In this document: positions 9,143 to 18,734 of the stretch, one piece after another
How the letters are laid out: each line of letters begins with the position of its first letter
Numbering within the stretch: position 1 is the first letter of the stretch
Assembly (NCBI GenBank): GCA_051746185.1
Contig: JBNJEV010000013.1
Coordinates: 5,753 to 69,752, forward strand
Origin: Bacteroidota bacterium
GTDB taxonomy: Bacteria; Bacteroidota; Bacteroidia; Bacteroidales; GCA-2748055
DNA: 64,000 nucleotides
Reading direction: 5' to 3'
Program-made: the position numbers and the translations under genes
The notes under the pieces: model-generated
Databases searched by the model: none
What the model saw: only the letters and a program-made list of their open reading frames with translations
What the model was told of the DNA's origin: nothing

Positions 9143-10171
9143 TCAATCAGCGGTTCGCCCCCGGATATATGCACGCCATTTCTCCAGGACCATGGAGAAT
9201 TGAAACGGGATCGCGGCCTCGAATTTCATCTCTCTCCCGGAGGCGGGATGGATAAATTTCAGGGTTCTGGCATGCAGGGCCTGTCCGGGAAGCAATTGAA
9301 AGCAGTTCAGAACGAATTGCCTGTAGCGGGTGAAGGTGGTCCCCCTGAGGATCCGGTCTCCCCCGTATTCCGGATCATTGAACAGGGGATGGGAGATATG
9401 CTGGAAATGGACCCTGATCTGATGCGTCCGGCCGGTTTCCAGCGTACATTCCACCAGGTTTACATATCCCAGGCGTTCCAGGACCCTGTAATGGGTTACC
9501 GCCGCTTTGCCCTGCTCACCCCCCGAAAGGACGGCCATCTTTTTGCGGTCCTTCGGATTGCGGCCAATATGGCCTTCGATGGTACCCTCTTCTTTTTCCA
9601 GGTCACCCCATACCAGGGCCACATAGGTCCTGCCGGTAGTCTTTTTATAGAACTGGCTGGCGAGTTTGTTAAGAGCCAGTTCGTTCTTCGCGATCACCAG
9701 CAGGCCGGAGGTGTTTTTATCGATCCTGTGCACCATCCCGGGCCTTTCCTCCCCGCTTTTAAAAAGAGGGTTGTCCCTGAGATGGTACATCAGTGCATGT
9801 ACCAGGGTACCGGTATAATTGCCTACACCCGGGTGGACCACCATCCCGGCCTCTTTATTAACCACGATCACATCTTCATCTTCATGAACAATATCAAGGG
9901 GGATGTTTTCAGGGACCAGCTCCCATTTCCCGGGTGGATGGGGGAGGATGATGCTGATCACATCCCCCGGTTTGACCCGGTAACTGGGTTTCACCTCTGT
10001 CCCGTTCACCAGGATGTTCCCCGCATGGGCCGCTGCCTGGATGCGGCTCCTGGAAGTCCCCTCCAGCTTATGGAACAGGTATTTGTCGATCCTCAGGAAA
10101 CGCTGTCCGGGATCCACTGTGAAACGGTGGTGTTCGTACAGTTCGTTATGGTCGGAATGATCCCCGGTCAT
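9143..10171 (-). CDS. rluD: RluA-family 23S rRNA pseudouridine synthase (RluD-like)
   Basis: It has an S4-like N-terminus and the HRIDKNTSGLLVIAKN and GRTHQIRVH motifs. Confidence 0.88.
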   Translation of the reverse strand: MTGDHSDHNELYEHHRFTVDPGQRFLRIDKYLFHKLEGTSRSRIQAAAHAGNILVNGTEVKPSYRVKPGDVISIILPHPPGKWELVPENIPLDIVHEDEDVIVVNKEAGMVVHPGVGNYTGTLVHALMYHLRDNPLFKSGEERPGMVHRIDKNTSGLLVIAKNELALNKLASQFYKKTTGRTYVALVWGDLEKEEGTIEGHIGRNPKDRKKMAVLSGGEQGKAAVTHYRVLERLGYVNLVECTLETGRTHQIRVHFQHISHPLFNDPEYGGDRILRGTTFTRYRQFVLNCFQLLPGQALHARTLKFIHPASGREMKFEAAIPFQFSMVLEKWRAYIRGRTAD

Positions 10172-10173
10172 GG

Positions 10174-12060
10174 TTATGGATTGATCAGGAGCCTGGCTGT
10201 GTAAGGGGTCCCCCTGATGATGGCACGCAGATAGTACATCCCTTCCTGAAGCCCGGAAACATCCCAGCTTCTGGAATGGGTCACTCCCTGGTCGATCAAC
10301 CGTCCCGAAACATCAAAGATCTCCAGGCGGATCCCCGGTCCGGAAACATCGTCCGGAATTTCAAGGTGGATCCGGCCGGAAGCGGGATTGGGATAGATGA
10401 GCAATGAGCCAGCAGGATCGCGGTCCGGGGTGTTCCCCATGGATTTCCGGTACAAAAATGGCCTGAACATGATCACCCCGGGAGCCATGGATGGCTGCCA
10501 GGTCCCGTTGAAGTTATAGAACATCACCGTCGTTGCAGGCCGGTTATTGAGATCGAGTCCCACATTCAGCAGGTATTCATTGTACTGCGTCCAGCCCACA
10601 TAGAAGACACCATTCACCGGTACGGGCTGTGAGAAGTAATACCTTTTGAAGCCGTGAAGCCGGTCGGTATATTCGGGGGTGTGATCCTGTTCATCTTCCC
10701 GGATGACCGCTCCCGGTTTGCCTTCTCTTTCTTCCCAGACCTTCAGCCTGAAGTAGTAATCCAGGTTCACCGAATCATACAGCTGGTTGAAACAGATGTC
10801 CACACCCCCCAGCAGGTCAGAAGCAAAGGCGTTGTACTTCACGGCCACGCTCCCGTTCCGGGTTCCCTGTCCCCTCAGGCCATAGCCGGCCTCCGCGGAC
10901 CCGTCATCGTAGGCGTAGTAATCCTTGAACAGCTGGTCATAGGTGACCGTATCGTTGGTCTTGTGGTCAGATTCATCGGTGCGCAGTGAAGCCTTGTACC
11001 TGAAGATCCCTGAATCCCCCTGCTCCAGATCGAAAGGAAAGTAGTTGGTAAAATTCACCGTTGTATCTTCCATCGGCGGCATATCCTGGGCTGTGGGTAC
11101 TCCGAGGGAATATGTTTCCTGGAAAAGCATATCCCGGACTACCAGGGTCCGCGTCACGTTCCTGGAGATGGTGTCGTTGTTGCGGTAATGCAACGTGATC
11201 TCCCTGTCGAGGACCGTATTGAATGCCTCGTCGAAATGGTCCCACGGCAATGCGGTCAGATCCTTCAGGATGGAAGTGAGGGGAGCGGTAATGGCCACAT
11301 CTGTAAGCACGGTATCGTTGATAAACCGGTTGCGGTCGAGCCGGACATAATCCACGTTCCAGTGATCTACGTTGGCCCTTTTATCGGGATAATCATCGTT
11401 CTTCGGCAGGCTCGCCCTGTTCCTGAACCTGAACCGGAAGCCTTCTTTCAGGTATCTTTCGTCGGTGATGGGGATCATGGCATGCCTGAATGTATGGAGG
11501 GTGTCACCGGGAATGCCCCAGACGCTGATCCACTGTTCCAGTGCGGGATCATAAAAATCCACCGTCAGGGAATCACCTGTTTCCGGCCTGTCCCCCCGCC
11601 CTTGCGGCTGGTAAAGGAAGCTCAGATAAATGCTGTCAGAAGCAGGATAGCCGAGCTGGAGGGGCTGACTGGTAAGGTAGTCGGCCACAAAGGTGCGCGG
11701 ATCGATCTCGGCATCCGGGTAGATGCTTCCGTCCCCGTCAATGGCATCCAGCGTGGCCACCCCCAGGGAAACGGGATCGATCCCGTAATTCCTGTTGACA
11801 AACGCATGGGCATCGGACCACCGGCTGCTGTCAGGTGCACCGGTGTATCCAGAGAAATCATCTATGAACGGCAATTCCAGGGAAGCCGATCCGGCGGACT
11901 GTTTTGTTCCCCGGAGCTGACGGGTTCCGGATGGTTCTCCCCGGTCACCGGCCGGGAGTGGTTTGCCGAAAAGTGGGGTCACTATTTCCTGGGCATGCAG
12001 TCCTGCGGAGAACAGCAGAACACAGATACTGGCCGGAATGATATGATTAAAGATCCTCAT
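10174..12060 (-). CDS. Secreted protein with a T9SS (Por) C-terminal sorting domain
   Basis: The signal peptide is MRIFNHIIPASICVLLFSAGLHAQ. The C-terminus ...LIYPNPASGRIHLEIP...LEIFDVSGRLI...GMYYLRAIIRGTPYTARLLINP is a typical T9SS CTD. The track start at 12084 is an alternative. Confidence 0.75.
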   Translation of the reverse strand: MRIFNHIIPASICVLLFSAGLHAQEIVTPLFGKPLPAGDRGEPSGTRQLRGTKQSAGSASLELPFIDDFSGYTGAPDSSRWSDAHAFVNRNYGIDPVSLGVATLDAIDGDGSIYPDAEIDPRTFVADYLTSQPLQLGYPASDSIYLSFLYQPQGRGDRPETGDSLTVDFYDPALEQWISVWGIPGDTLHTFRHAMIPITDERYLKEGFRFRFRNRASLPKNDDYPDKRANVDHWNVDYVRLDRNRFINDTVLTDVAITAPLTSILKDLTALPWDHFDEAFNTVLDREITLHYRNNDTISRNVTRTLVVRDMLFQETYSLGVPTAQDMPPMEDTTVNFTNYFPFDLEQGDSGIFRYKASLRTDESDHKTNDTVTYDQLFKDYYAYDDGSAEAGYGLRGQGTRNGSVAVKYNAFASDLLGGVDICFNQLYDSVNLDYYFRLKVWEEREGKPGAVIREDEQDHTPEYTDRLHGFKRYYFSQPVPVNGVFYVGWTQYNEYLLNVGLDLNNRPATTVMFYNFNGTWQPSMAPGVIMFRPFLYRKSMGNTPDRDPAGSLLIYPNPASGRIHLEIPDDVSGPGIRLEIFDVSGRLIDQGVTHSRSWDVSGLQEGMYYLRAIIRGTPYTARLLINP

Positions 12061-12886
12061 ACAGAAAATCAGCATCCTCCTCAAAAAGGAGAGAATCAGG
12101 TTCCGGCAGCCGGGTTGAGTCCACGGTAAGCCATATATCTACTTCCATTCCCATGTTCAGCCTGCGAAACTCGTCGAATTCCGGGTACTGTCGCCAGATG
12201 AACGCCATCGCACTGTCCTTTTCATCGAGCACGGTTTCATCATAGGTGGTGGCCCCGATGTTCAGGTAGTAATCGGCAATGACCTCCCTTGCCGCCGGCA
12301 GATCAAGTCCCACCAGGTAAGGGATCCGCGTGGTCTCATTGCTCAGGCCCATCCCGAGCACCAGGTCGATGCGGGCACCTTTCCTGATCTCGGTACCTTC
12401 CTTAATAACGGAGTCCCGGTGCATTTGTTGCAGGACATTATTGATGGCGTAATCGGGCCGGTATTCGATCTCCCCCAGTTCCAGTCCGGCATTCTCGAGG
12501 GCGAGCCTGGCCTGCCGTATGGAGAGTCCCACCAGCCTGGGCATGGTGACCATTTCAGGGTGGACCGCATTCATGGTCAGAAAGATCCTGCGGTTCTTTT
12601 TCACCTTGGAACCTGGTGCAGGATTCTGCTTGAGCACGGTCCCCCGCGGCATTTCCGAAGAATATACCGAATCTACGATCTCATACCTCAGATCGCGGGA
12701 GGAAGTGACTTCTTCCACTTCTTCCTCCGCCAACCCTGTCATGTCGGGTACGGAAATCGCCTGGCCATGGTGGGTATAGACCTTCAACCCGACCAGTATG
12801 CCCAGCAGCAGGATGATCCCGATCAGTACAGCCAGCAACAGGTGCCGCAGGAATTTTCTGGTGGTAAGGAATCTCAGGAAATCCAT
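12047..12886 (-). CDS. PASTA domain-containing membrane-anchored protein
   Basis: It has an N-terminal TM segment (LLLAVLIGIILLLGILVGL) followed by repeated PASTA-like modules (VPDMTGL...PRGTVLKQNPAPGSKVKKN..I.L). Confidence 0.78.
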   Translation of the reverse strand: MDFLRFLTTRKFLRHLLLAVLIGIILLLGILVGLKVYTHHGQAISVPDMTGLAEEEVEEVTSSRDLRYEIVDSVYSSEMPRGTVLKQNPAPGSKVKKNRRIFLTMNAVHPEMVTMPRLVGLSIRQARLALENAGLELGEIEYRPDYAINNVLQQMHRDSVIKEGTEIRKGARIDLVLGMGLSNETTRIPYLVGLDLPAAREVIADYYLNIGATTYDETVLDEKDSAMAFIWRQYPEFDEFRRLNMGMEVDIWLTVDSTRLPEPDSLLFEEDADFLYEDL

Positions 12887-12931
12887 TTCAGGAATCTTGT
12901 TTTGGTTCGACGTATCATCAACCTCTGTGTT

Positions 12932-14362
12932 TTATTTGATCACCAGGCCCGTTTTCGTGATGATGGAGGCTTCCTGGTATACTTCGTAATCGGTGTTGAT
13001 GGACCACAGATTGTGGCCGGTCCCTTCCAGGATATTCTCCGATGCAAGCATGCCCATTAATATGCTGTGATCCTGGTTGTTATATTTATATGCCCCGTAG
13101 CGCCCGATCACATGCAGGTTTTCCACGGAGGTAAGATAGGTTTCCACGGGCTTCATGGTCTCCCTGTATCCTTTGAAATAGACCGGATAGCACCGGGGCA
13201 GCTTTACCACATGCCCTTCCTTGATATCCTCCCGCTCCACAAGACCTGTGCCAGAGATCTCATCTATTGCCAGGGAGATCAGTTCATCATCGGTGAGGTC
13301 CCAGAGCCTGTCCTCGAAATAGCACCAGTATTCCAGGCAGAGAATGGAAGATCCGGAATCCCCGTAAATGTGCGGGACCCAGTTCCTGAAATTGGTCACC
13401 CGTCCCATCTGCAGGGACTTCTCGTGGACATAAAGCCACTGGTCCGTGAAGAGATCGGTCCGCTCCACCCTCAGATAGACCAGGATGGTATTCCTGAACT
13501 TCAGCGATCTGGAAAGTGCCACAACCTTATTTGGGACTTCAGGCAGCCTTTCCACCAGCAGCGAGATGGGCATCGATGAGATGATATGATCATATTGCCT
13601 GGTCTCCCCGTTTTCCAGTTCAAGGGAATGTGCCTTCCCGTTTTTGGTGATCACCCGCCTCACCCCGGTGTTGACCAGGATCCGTCCTCCCCTGGATTCT
13701 ACCGTTTCCTGCATGGCTTTATACACCGATCCCGTACCTCCCGTGGGATAGGCAAATTGATCCACCAGGGTGGCATGCCTGTTTTTGCCGCCCAGGGAAA
13801 AGGCATTCCTGAGGGCTTCCAGCAGGGACAGTTTCTTGATGCGCTGGGCGGCGAAATCCGAGTCCAGCTCGGTACAGGGGATCCCCCATAATTTCTCTGA
13901 ATAGGTTTTGAAAAAAATATGGTATAGCCTTTTCCCGAACCTGCTGGTGACCCAGCCTTCGAAGGTAGAGGTATCCCTGGTGGGAGAGAGACGCTCTCCC
14001 GCGTAGCTGATCATGCACCGGGCAGCCTCAAAGAATCCAAGTCCTTTCAGCGCATTGAAGGGACGGATGGGATAATCGAAGAACTTTCTCTTGTAATAGA
14101 TCCGGGTCTGGCGGTTCACGATCTCGTACCGGTCCTTCACCACCTCCAGCCAGAGGGAATTGATCCTTGCATCGTGACTGAAGAACCTGTGCGGACCCAG
14201 GTCCACCCGCTGATCCCACAGTTCGATGGTCCTGGAGAGTCCGCCCACCCGGTCACTTTTCTCGAATACATCAAGGGCATCCACTTTGTCCCCCAGTTGC
14301 CTGGAGAGCTCATATGCTGCAGTCATGCCCGCCGGACCGGCTCCGATCACCGCTATCTTCAT
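12932..14362 (-). CDS. FAD/NAD(P)-binding oxidoreductase (amine-oxidase / UDP-galactopyranose-mutase-like fold)
   Basis: The N-terminus MKIAVIGAGPAGMTAAYEL...FEKSDRVGG is a dinucleotide-binding motif. The substrate is unknown. Confidence 0.75.
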   Translation of the reverse strand: MKIAVIGAGPAGMTAAYELSRQLGDKVDALDVFEKSDRVGGLSRTIELWDQRVDLGPHRFFSHDARINSLWLEVVKDRYEIVNRQTRIYYKRKFFDYPIRPFNALKGLGFFEAARCMISYAGERLSPTRDTSTFEGWVTSRFGKRLYHIFFKTYSEKLWGIPCTELDSDFAAQRIKKLSLLEALRNAFSLGGKNRHATLVDQFAYPTGGTGSVYKAMQETVESRGGRILVNTGVRRVITKNGKAHSLELENGETRQYDHIISSMPISLLVERLPEVPNKVVALSRSLKFRNTILVYLRVERTDLFTDQWLYVHEKSLQMGRVTNFRNWVPHIYGDSGSSILCLEYWCYFEDRLWDLTDDELISLAIDEISGTGLVEREDIKEGHVVKLPRCYPVYFKGYRETMKPVETYLTSVENLHVIGRYGAYKYNNQDHSILMGMLASENILEGTGHNLWSINTDYEVYQEASIITKTGLVIK

Positions 14363-14392
14363 GTATCTCTCACTTATAATGCAATTAAAACG

Positions 14393-17215
14393 TCAGCGGA
14401 TATTCCTTAATTGTGACCGGACCCTGTTGGCCATTTCCGTATCCCCGTAATATTCGTATACCTCGGCAAGTTTTTCATATGCTGCATAGAATCGTCCGTT
14501 GTAGTTGATCGCCTGTTTGAAATAGTAAATGGCATTGTCCTTGTCATTTTTCAGCCCGTAACACAATCCCAGGTTGTAGTATCCCGAAGAAAATTTGTAA
14601 TTGGATTTAATGGCCAGGTTGATGGTCCGGATGGCCTCGTCGATCAGGGCAACATCCCTTTTCATCTCGGACTCCAGAAGGTAGGTATATCCCTTGGCAT
14701 TCAATGCTTTATCATAGTTAGGATAGATCTCCAGCAGACGGTCGGCCGTGGCCCTGGCTTCCTCGAAACGGTAAAAAACCGAATAGGCATTGGTCAGTTC
14801 CAGGTATGCTGCCTCATTATTGGGATTATACTCAATTGCACTTTCCAGCAGCTGAAGGGCCGTGCTTAATTTCCCGGGATCCTGTTCTTCAATTCCTTCC
14901 TGGAGGAGTCTGGATCCGTGATAGTCATCCCTGTTTTTCCGTTCCACAATGGCGGCCACCACCACGTCATCCACCTTTACTTCATGGATGGTGTTCTTGG
15001 GGGGCCATAAGCCATTATTAAGCTGGTAGGGATGGATGTAATTGCAGTAAAGGATCGCATAGTCCCAGTCAAGTTTCCCGCGGTCATAATACCTGCTGTA
15101 GAATGGCCGCACCCGTTCAGGATATTCCCGGAAGTAATATCCGACGCTGGCATTGCTCACCACACGGACAGGTTCACCGGCTGAAGCCTCCGTGCCAGGG
15201 AGGATATGGTTGATGAAGTAATCTGAGGCCGGCCGCAGGCTGTTCATATAGTAATCCGTTTCATAGGTTCCGTAGGCATGATTGATCCCTCCCGACCATT
15301 CATTGTAATAAATATAGGTGTTGGGATGGTTCCGGATGATATGCACCAGGGGATGGATCAGTCCCCCGGCGACCACAATGCCCAGGGCCCAGGTGACCCA
15401 TCTTTTCCTGCTTGCCTGGAAGAAGGTGAAGATGGCCATGGCAGAAAGCGCCACCATGGGAGGGTAGACGAATATCATGTGTCTCCAGCCACCGTATACA
15501 TTGGATTCTCTGATGATGATGAACACCACGGGAAAGACCACGGTGAACCAGAGCAGAAAATACCAGAACCCCTGCCGTTCCCTCCGGTGGAAATACCAGG
15601 TAAAGGATGAAGCAAACCAGCCCAGAAGGACAAGTACGGGAACGGTGAGCAATATGTTTTTGGGAATATAGTGCCAGGGGAGCCGGTCCGACCATTGCAC
15701 CACACCATCGTACAGCACTCTCAGGGATACCTGGATGTCTGACATCACCCTGAAGGCCTGGATGGGATGATTGATGATGTCCTGAAGGGCATAGGGCCAG
15801 GTGAGCAGGCTCAGCAGGTACCCTGCCAGGGAGATGACCACCAGGGTGAGCAGTCCCCTGAACGAGAACCTCCACCAACCGGCCGAAAAGATCTTCCAGG
15901 GCCATTTGTTCACCAGCAGGTACAGTCCGGCAAACATGAAAAGATAGGGGATCAGGATCAGTCCCCCGATACGGATCCCGTTGGTCCAGCCGATCCCAAC
16001 AGCGATCCAGATGGCCGAACGGGTGCTGATGCGTGGAAGCTTCTTCAGGAAAAGGATAATGTGATAGATGGTGAAGATGTAACCCAGTGCGAACGGGATA
16101 TCCATGGGGTTGTTGTAAGCATGTCCCAAAAAGCGGGGTGACAGGAACATCAGGATCAGGGCCAGCCACCCGGCCCCGTAGCCTCCGAAGAGCCGAACGA
16201 CCAGGCCTGTTACCAGGATGGCGGCCGCCCCGGTAATGGCCACCATCATGTGGCGGGCTTCGTAGGGGGAATCTTCCAGGTTGAAAAGACGGATGATCAG
16301 ATAGGAAAAGAAATCAAACGATTGCCCGTAATAGTTCAGTTTGTGCTGGGGGTCATCCAGGGCTGCAGGATCGTCTTCGGTGAAGTACCGGTATACCTTG
16401 ATGGCATGCTGGTAATGCTTCTGATCATCACCGGACAATCCTGCGTCCAGGCTGAGGATGGGCAGGATGATGAAGATGGCCAGGGTGGTGATGAAGAAGG
16501 CCAGCCTGAACAGGGGATGCTCCTTCACAAAAAACAGGTTCCTCAGGGAAGGGATCCGGGTTTCGCGGACCGGCAAAGAGGTATTCCATGAGAAAGCAAG
16601 TTTTACCTTTTCCATGAAACGGGACCGGTCCCGGGTTTCACCGAAGGGCGCATCCTGATGAATGACCGCCTCCTGTTTACGGAATCCCAATTTCCCCAAA
16701 ACGGTCCTGATGATTTCCGTATCCAGGGACTCATCGCACAGAGAAAGCGAAAAAAGATATTGGAGCACAGATGCAGGCAGGATCAGTCCCCCTCTGACCG
16801 TTTCCTTCTTTCCTTTGAAAAGGATCTCATAATAGCACTTATGCCGGGGATCTTCCGGGAGATCCAGACGGAAGAACTCGTTGGGATTGAATGGATGGGT
16901 CAGGGACCGGGGTTCAGGGATCACCACGTAGCCTTCACTGAACCGGCTGTAAAACTCCCTATTCATCAACTGATCACGGGCTATATGTTCTGCCGGGCCG
17001 GCAGTTTCCCGGGGTGGGGCTTCCCCCGGATGAAGGACACAGATGCGGAACCGGGAAAAATACTCATTTCTGAGTTTTCCGGAAAAATCAGCAAGATATC
17101 CGGGAGATACCTGGCTGATACCGGGATCGGCAAGAAGAAAGGTCAGGGTATGCTGTTTTTTGTCCGGGGAATGTTCCCTTTGCTTTCTTTTTTTTTGATG
17201 AACGCCCTTTGCCAT
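14393..17215 (-). CDS. Large polytopic membrane protein (GT-C / ArnT-PMT-like core) with C-terminal TPR repeats and an unassigned ~240-aa N-terminal domain
   Basis: Residues ~240-640 contain about 10 hydrophobic spans. The C-terminal ~200 aa are TPR-like (...AAYLELTNAYSVFYRFEEA...YPNYDKALNAKGYTY...GLCYGLKNDKDNAIYYFKQAINYN...). The family assignment is by resemblance only. Confidence 0.5.
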   Translation of the reverse strand: MAKGVHQKKRKQREHSPDKKQHTLTFLLADPGISQVSPGYLADFSGKLRNEYFSRFRICVLHPGEAPPRETAGPAEHIARDQLMNREFYSRFSEGYVVIPEPRSLTHPFNPNEFFRLDLPEDPRHKCYYEILFKGKKETVRGGLILPASVLQYLFSLSLCDESLDTEIIRTVLGKLGFRKQEAVIHQDAPFGETRDRSRFMEKVKLAFSWNTSLPVRETRIPSLRNLFFVKEHPLFRLAFFITTLAIFIILPILSLDAGLSGDDQKHYQHAIKVYRYFTEDDPAALDDPQHKLNYYGQSFDFFSYLIIRLFNLEDSPYEARHMMVAITGAAAILVTGLVVRLFGGYGAGWLALILMFLSPRFLGHAYNNPMDIPFALGYIFTIYHIILFLKKLPRISTRSAIWIAVGIGWTNGIRIGGLILIPYLFMFAGLYLLVNKWPWKIFSAGWWRFSFRGLLTLVVISLAGYLLSLLTWPYALQDIINHPIQAFRVMSDIQVSLRVLYDGVVQWSDRLPWHYIPKNILLTVPVLVLLGWFASSFTWYFHRRERQGFWYFLLWFTVVFPVVFIIIRESNVYGGWRHMIFVYPPMVALSAMAIFTFFQASRKRWVTWALGIVVAGGLIHPLVHIIRNHPNTYIYYNEWSGGINHAYGTYETDYYMNSLRPASDYFINHILPGTEASAGEPVRVVSNASVGYYFREYPERVRPFYSRYYDRGKLDWDYAILYCNYIHPYQLNNGLWPPKNTIHEVKVDDVVVAAIVERKNRDDYHGSRLLQEGIEEQDPGKLSTALQLLESAIEYNPNNEAAYLELTNAYSVFYRFEEARATADRLLEIYPNYDKALNAKGYTYLLESEMKRDVALIDEAIRTINLAIKSNYKFSSGYYNLGLCYGLKNDKDNAIYYFKQAINYNGRFYAAYEKLAEVYEYYGDTEMANRVRSQLRNIR

Positions 17216-17253
17216 GGTGCCTCTGCTGAAAAAAACCCTGCCAAATTACAAAT

Positions 17254-17292
17254 AATCAGGCCGCCTCACAAATCAATGAGAGACGGCCTGAT
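17254..17292 (-). terminator. Possible hairpin terminator downstream of rpmH
   Basis: ATCAGGCCG (17254-17262) pairs with CGGCCTGAT (17284-17292), with an inner CTCA/TGAG pairing. On the minus strand it is followed by a T-rich tail, TTATTTGTAATTTGG. Confidence 0.3.
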
Positions 17293-17314
17293 CATGAATA
17301 TGATTCGATGCTGG

Positions 17315-17473
17315 TCAGACTTTGTGCCTCGGTTCGTCTGAAACCGATAATTTCTTGCGTCCCTTTTTCCGCCTGCTCGAGATGATGTTGCGACCACTGG
17401 CTGAAGACATCCTTTCCCTGAAACCATGTTTGTTCTTTCTTTTCCTTCTGGATGGCTGAAATGTCCGCTTCAT
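17315..17473 (-). CDS. rpmH: 50S ribosomal protein L34
   Basis: Manual translation gives [52 protein letters not shown], which carries the canonical L34 signature [10 protein letters not shown]...HGFR.RM. At 52 aa it is below the track cutoff. The track ORF 17292..17498(-) is a different frame. Confidence 0.9.
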   Translation of the reverse strand: MKRTFQPSRRKRKNKHGFRERMSSASGRNIISSRRKKGRKKLSVSDEPRHKV

Positions 17474-17504
17474 TACTTGTTTTATTTTGAGAGGGCAAAA
17501 ATAG

Positions 17505-18125
17505 TCATTTTTTTAGATAGACAATCTTTTTACCTGAAAAAAAAGGTTCCCGGAAAAGCCGGTCGATGGGGAATATTTCCACGCGGTCCAGGAATGGTCC
17601 CAGCTCGGCATCCAGTTCTCCTCCCTTCAGGGAGATCATCCCGTTGGGCATATTACTCTGATGTCCTGCCACCAGCAGCTTTTCACTCCAACTGTATAAT
17701 CTGGAAAAAGAAGCGACCGCGCGGGAAACCGAGAAATCGAACGTGCCTGCAAGTTCCTCTGCCCGGGACCGGATGGCGCGCACATTGCCCAGATCCAGTT
17801 CCCGGATGATCTCTTCGATCACCCGGATCTTTTTCCCGATCGAATCGACCAGCAGGAAATGAACCCGCGGGAACATTACCGCCAAAGGAATGCCCGGGAA
17901 ACCGCCCCCCGTTCCCACATCCACCACCGAGGCGCCGGAATGGAAACGGAATATCCTGGCAATGGACAGAGAGTGCAGGATGTGCCGCTCTTCCAGGTGT
18001 TCCATCTCCTTCCTGGAGATCACATTCACCTTACGGTTCAGACGGGGGATCAGTTCAAGGAGTATCTGGTATTTTCGGTTCTGGCCGGCTTCCAGACCGG
18101 GGAAATATTTGCGGATCAGCTCCAT
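17505..18125 (-). CDS. rsmG: 16S rRNA (guanine527-N7)-methyltransferase
   Basis: ...[20 protein letters not shown]... is a GidB/RsmG-type SAM motif, and the length fits. Confidence 0.88.
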   Translation of the reverse strand: MELIRKYFPGLEAGQNRKYQILLELIPRLNRKVNVISRKEMEHLEERHILHSLSIARIFRFHSGASVVDVGTGGGFPGIPLAVMFPRVHFLLVDSIGKKIRVIEEIIRELDLGNVRAIRSRAEELAGTFDFSVSRAVASFSRLYSWSEKLLVAGHQSNMPNGMISLKGGELDAELGPFLDRVEIFPIDRLFREPFFSGKKIVYLKK

Positions 18126-18128
18126 TGC

Positions 18129-18734
18129 TCAGAGCTTCTCCTGCGAGCGGTTCAGGATATTGAGCAGCAGTTCGCGTGCCCTGAAGAGCTGTGCCTTGAC
18201 AGTCCCGATGGGGATATCCATCTCACCGGCAATTTCTTCGTAGGAATATTCTTTAAAATAACGGAGTTCCACCAGGGTCCTGTAACGGGGTTTCAGTTTG
18301 GAAACGACCTCCCTCATGAGCTTGACCTTCTGCTGATTGATCATCGTTGACTCAGGATCGGGAGAATCCGACTGGATCAGGGAGGAAGGAGCCAGGGTGT
18401 CTTCCCCGTCCACCGACTGGTCCAGGGAAACGTGACTTGCCCGTTTTTTTCTGATGAAGTCGATGCAGTTGTTGGTGGCGATCTTGAAAAGCCAGGTACT
18501 GAAAGCAAAATTGGGAGTATACTGGTCGATATTCTTGAATGCTTTCCCGAAGGCTTCAATGGTCAGATCTTCCGCATCGGCGGGACTGTTCACCATCTTG
18601 AGAAGCATGAAATAGATGGCATCCCGGTACCGGCCCAGCAACTCTCCATATGCCTGCTGGTCACCCTTCCTGGCTTTATCCACCATTTGGATGTCCTGCT
18701 GTGCTTTCAGGGAAAGGTTTGCGTTTACCTCCAT
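18129..18734 (-). CDS. RNA polymerase sigma-70 family (ECF-type) sigma factor
   Basis: Region 2 (...YGELLGRYRDAIYFMLLKMV...AEDLTIEAFGKAF...) and region 4 HTH (...LRYFKEYSYEEIAGEMDIPIGTVKAQLFRAR...) are both present. Confidence 0.85.
   Translation of the reverse strand: MEVNANLSLKAQQDIQMVDKARKGDQQAYGELLGRYRDAIYFMLLKMVNSPADAEDLTIEAFGKAFKNIDQYTPNFAFSTWLFKIATNNCIDFIRKKRASHVSLDQSVDGEDTLAPSSLIQSDSPDPESTMINQQKVKLMREVVSKLKPRYRTLVELRYFKEYSYEEIAGEMDIPIGTVKAQLFRARELLLNILNRSQEKL

Noticed and set aside
9200-10204. Very long ORFs antisense to well-supported genes. Examples are 9200..10204(+) over rluD, 22736..23758(-) over the carboxyltransferase, 60232..61347(-) over uvrA, 50043..51329(+) over ppk, 44963..46000(+) over the Omp85-like gene, 25846..26688(-) over dnaB, 2847..3518(-) and 3835..4539(-) over trpD/trpC, and 11188..12129(+) over the T9SS protein.
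   Set aside because: Their translations are low-complexity and rich in Gly/Pro/His/Arg, with no recognisable motifs. The opposite strand in each case encodes a protein with clear family signatures. They are best explained as a codon-usage by-product (stop-poor antisense frames), not overlapping genes.
17292-17498. A 68-aa ORF between rsmG and the 940-aa gene.
   Set aside because: It is the wrong frame. The same DNA encodes a canonical L34 (rpmH) in another frame.
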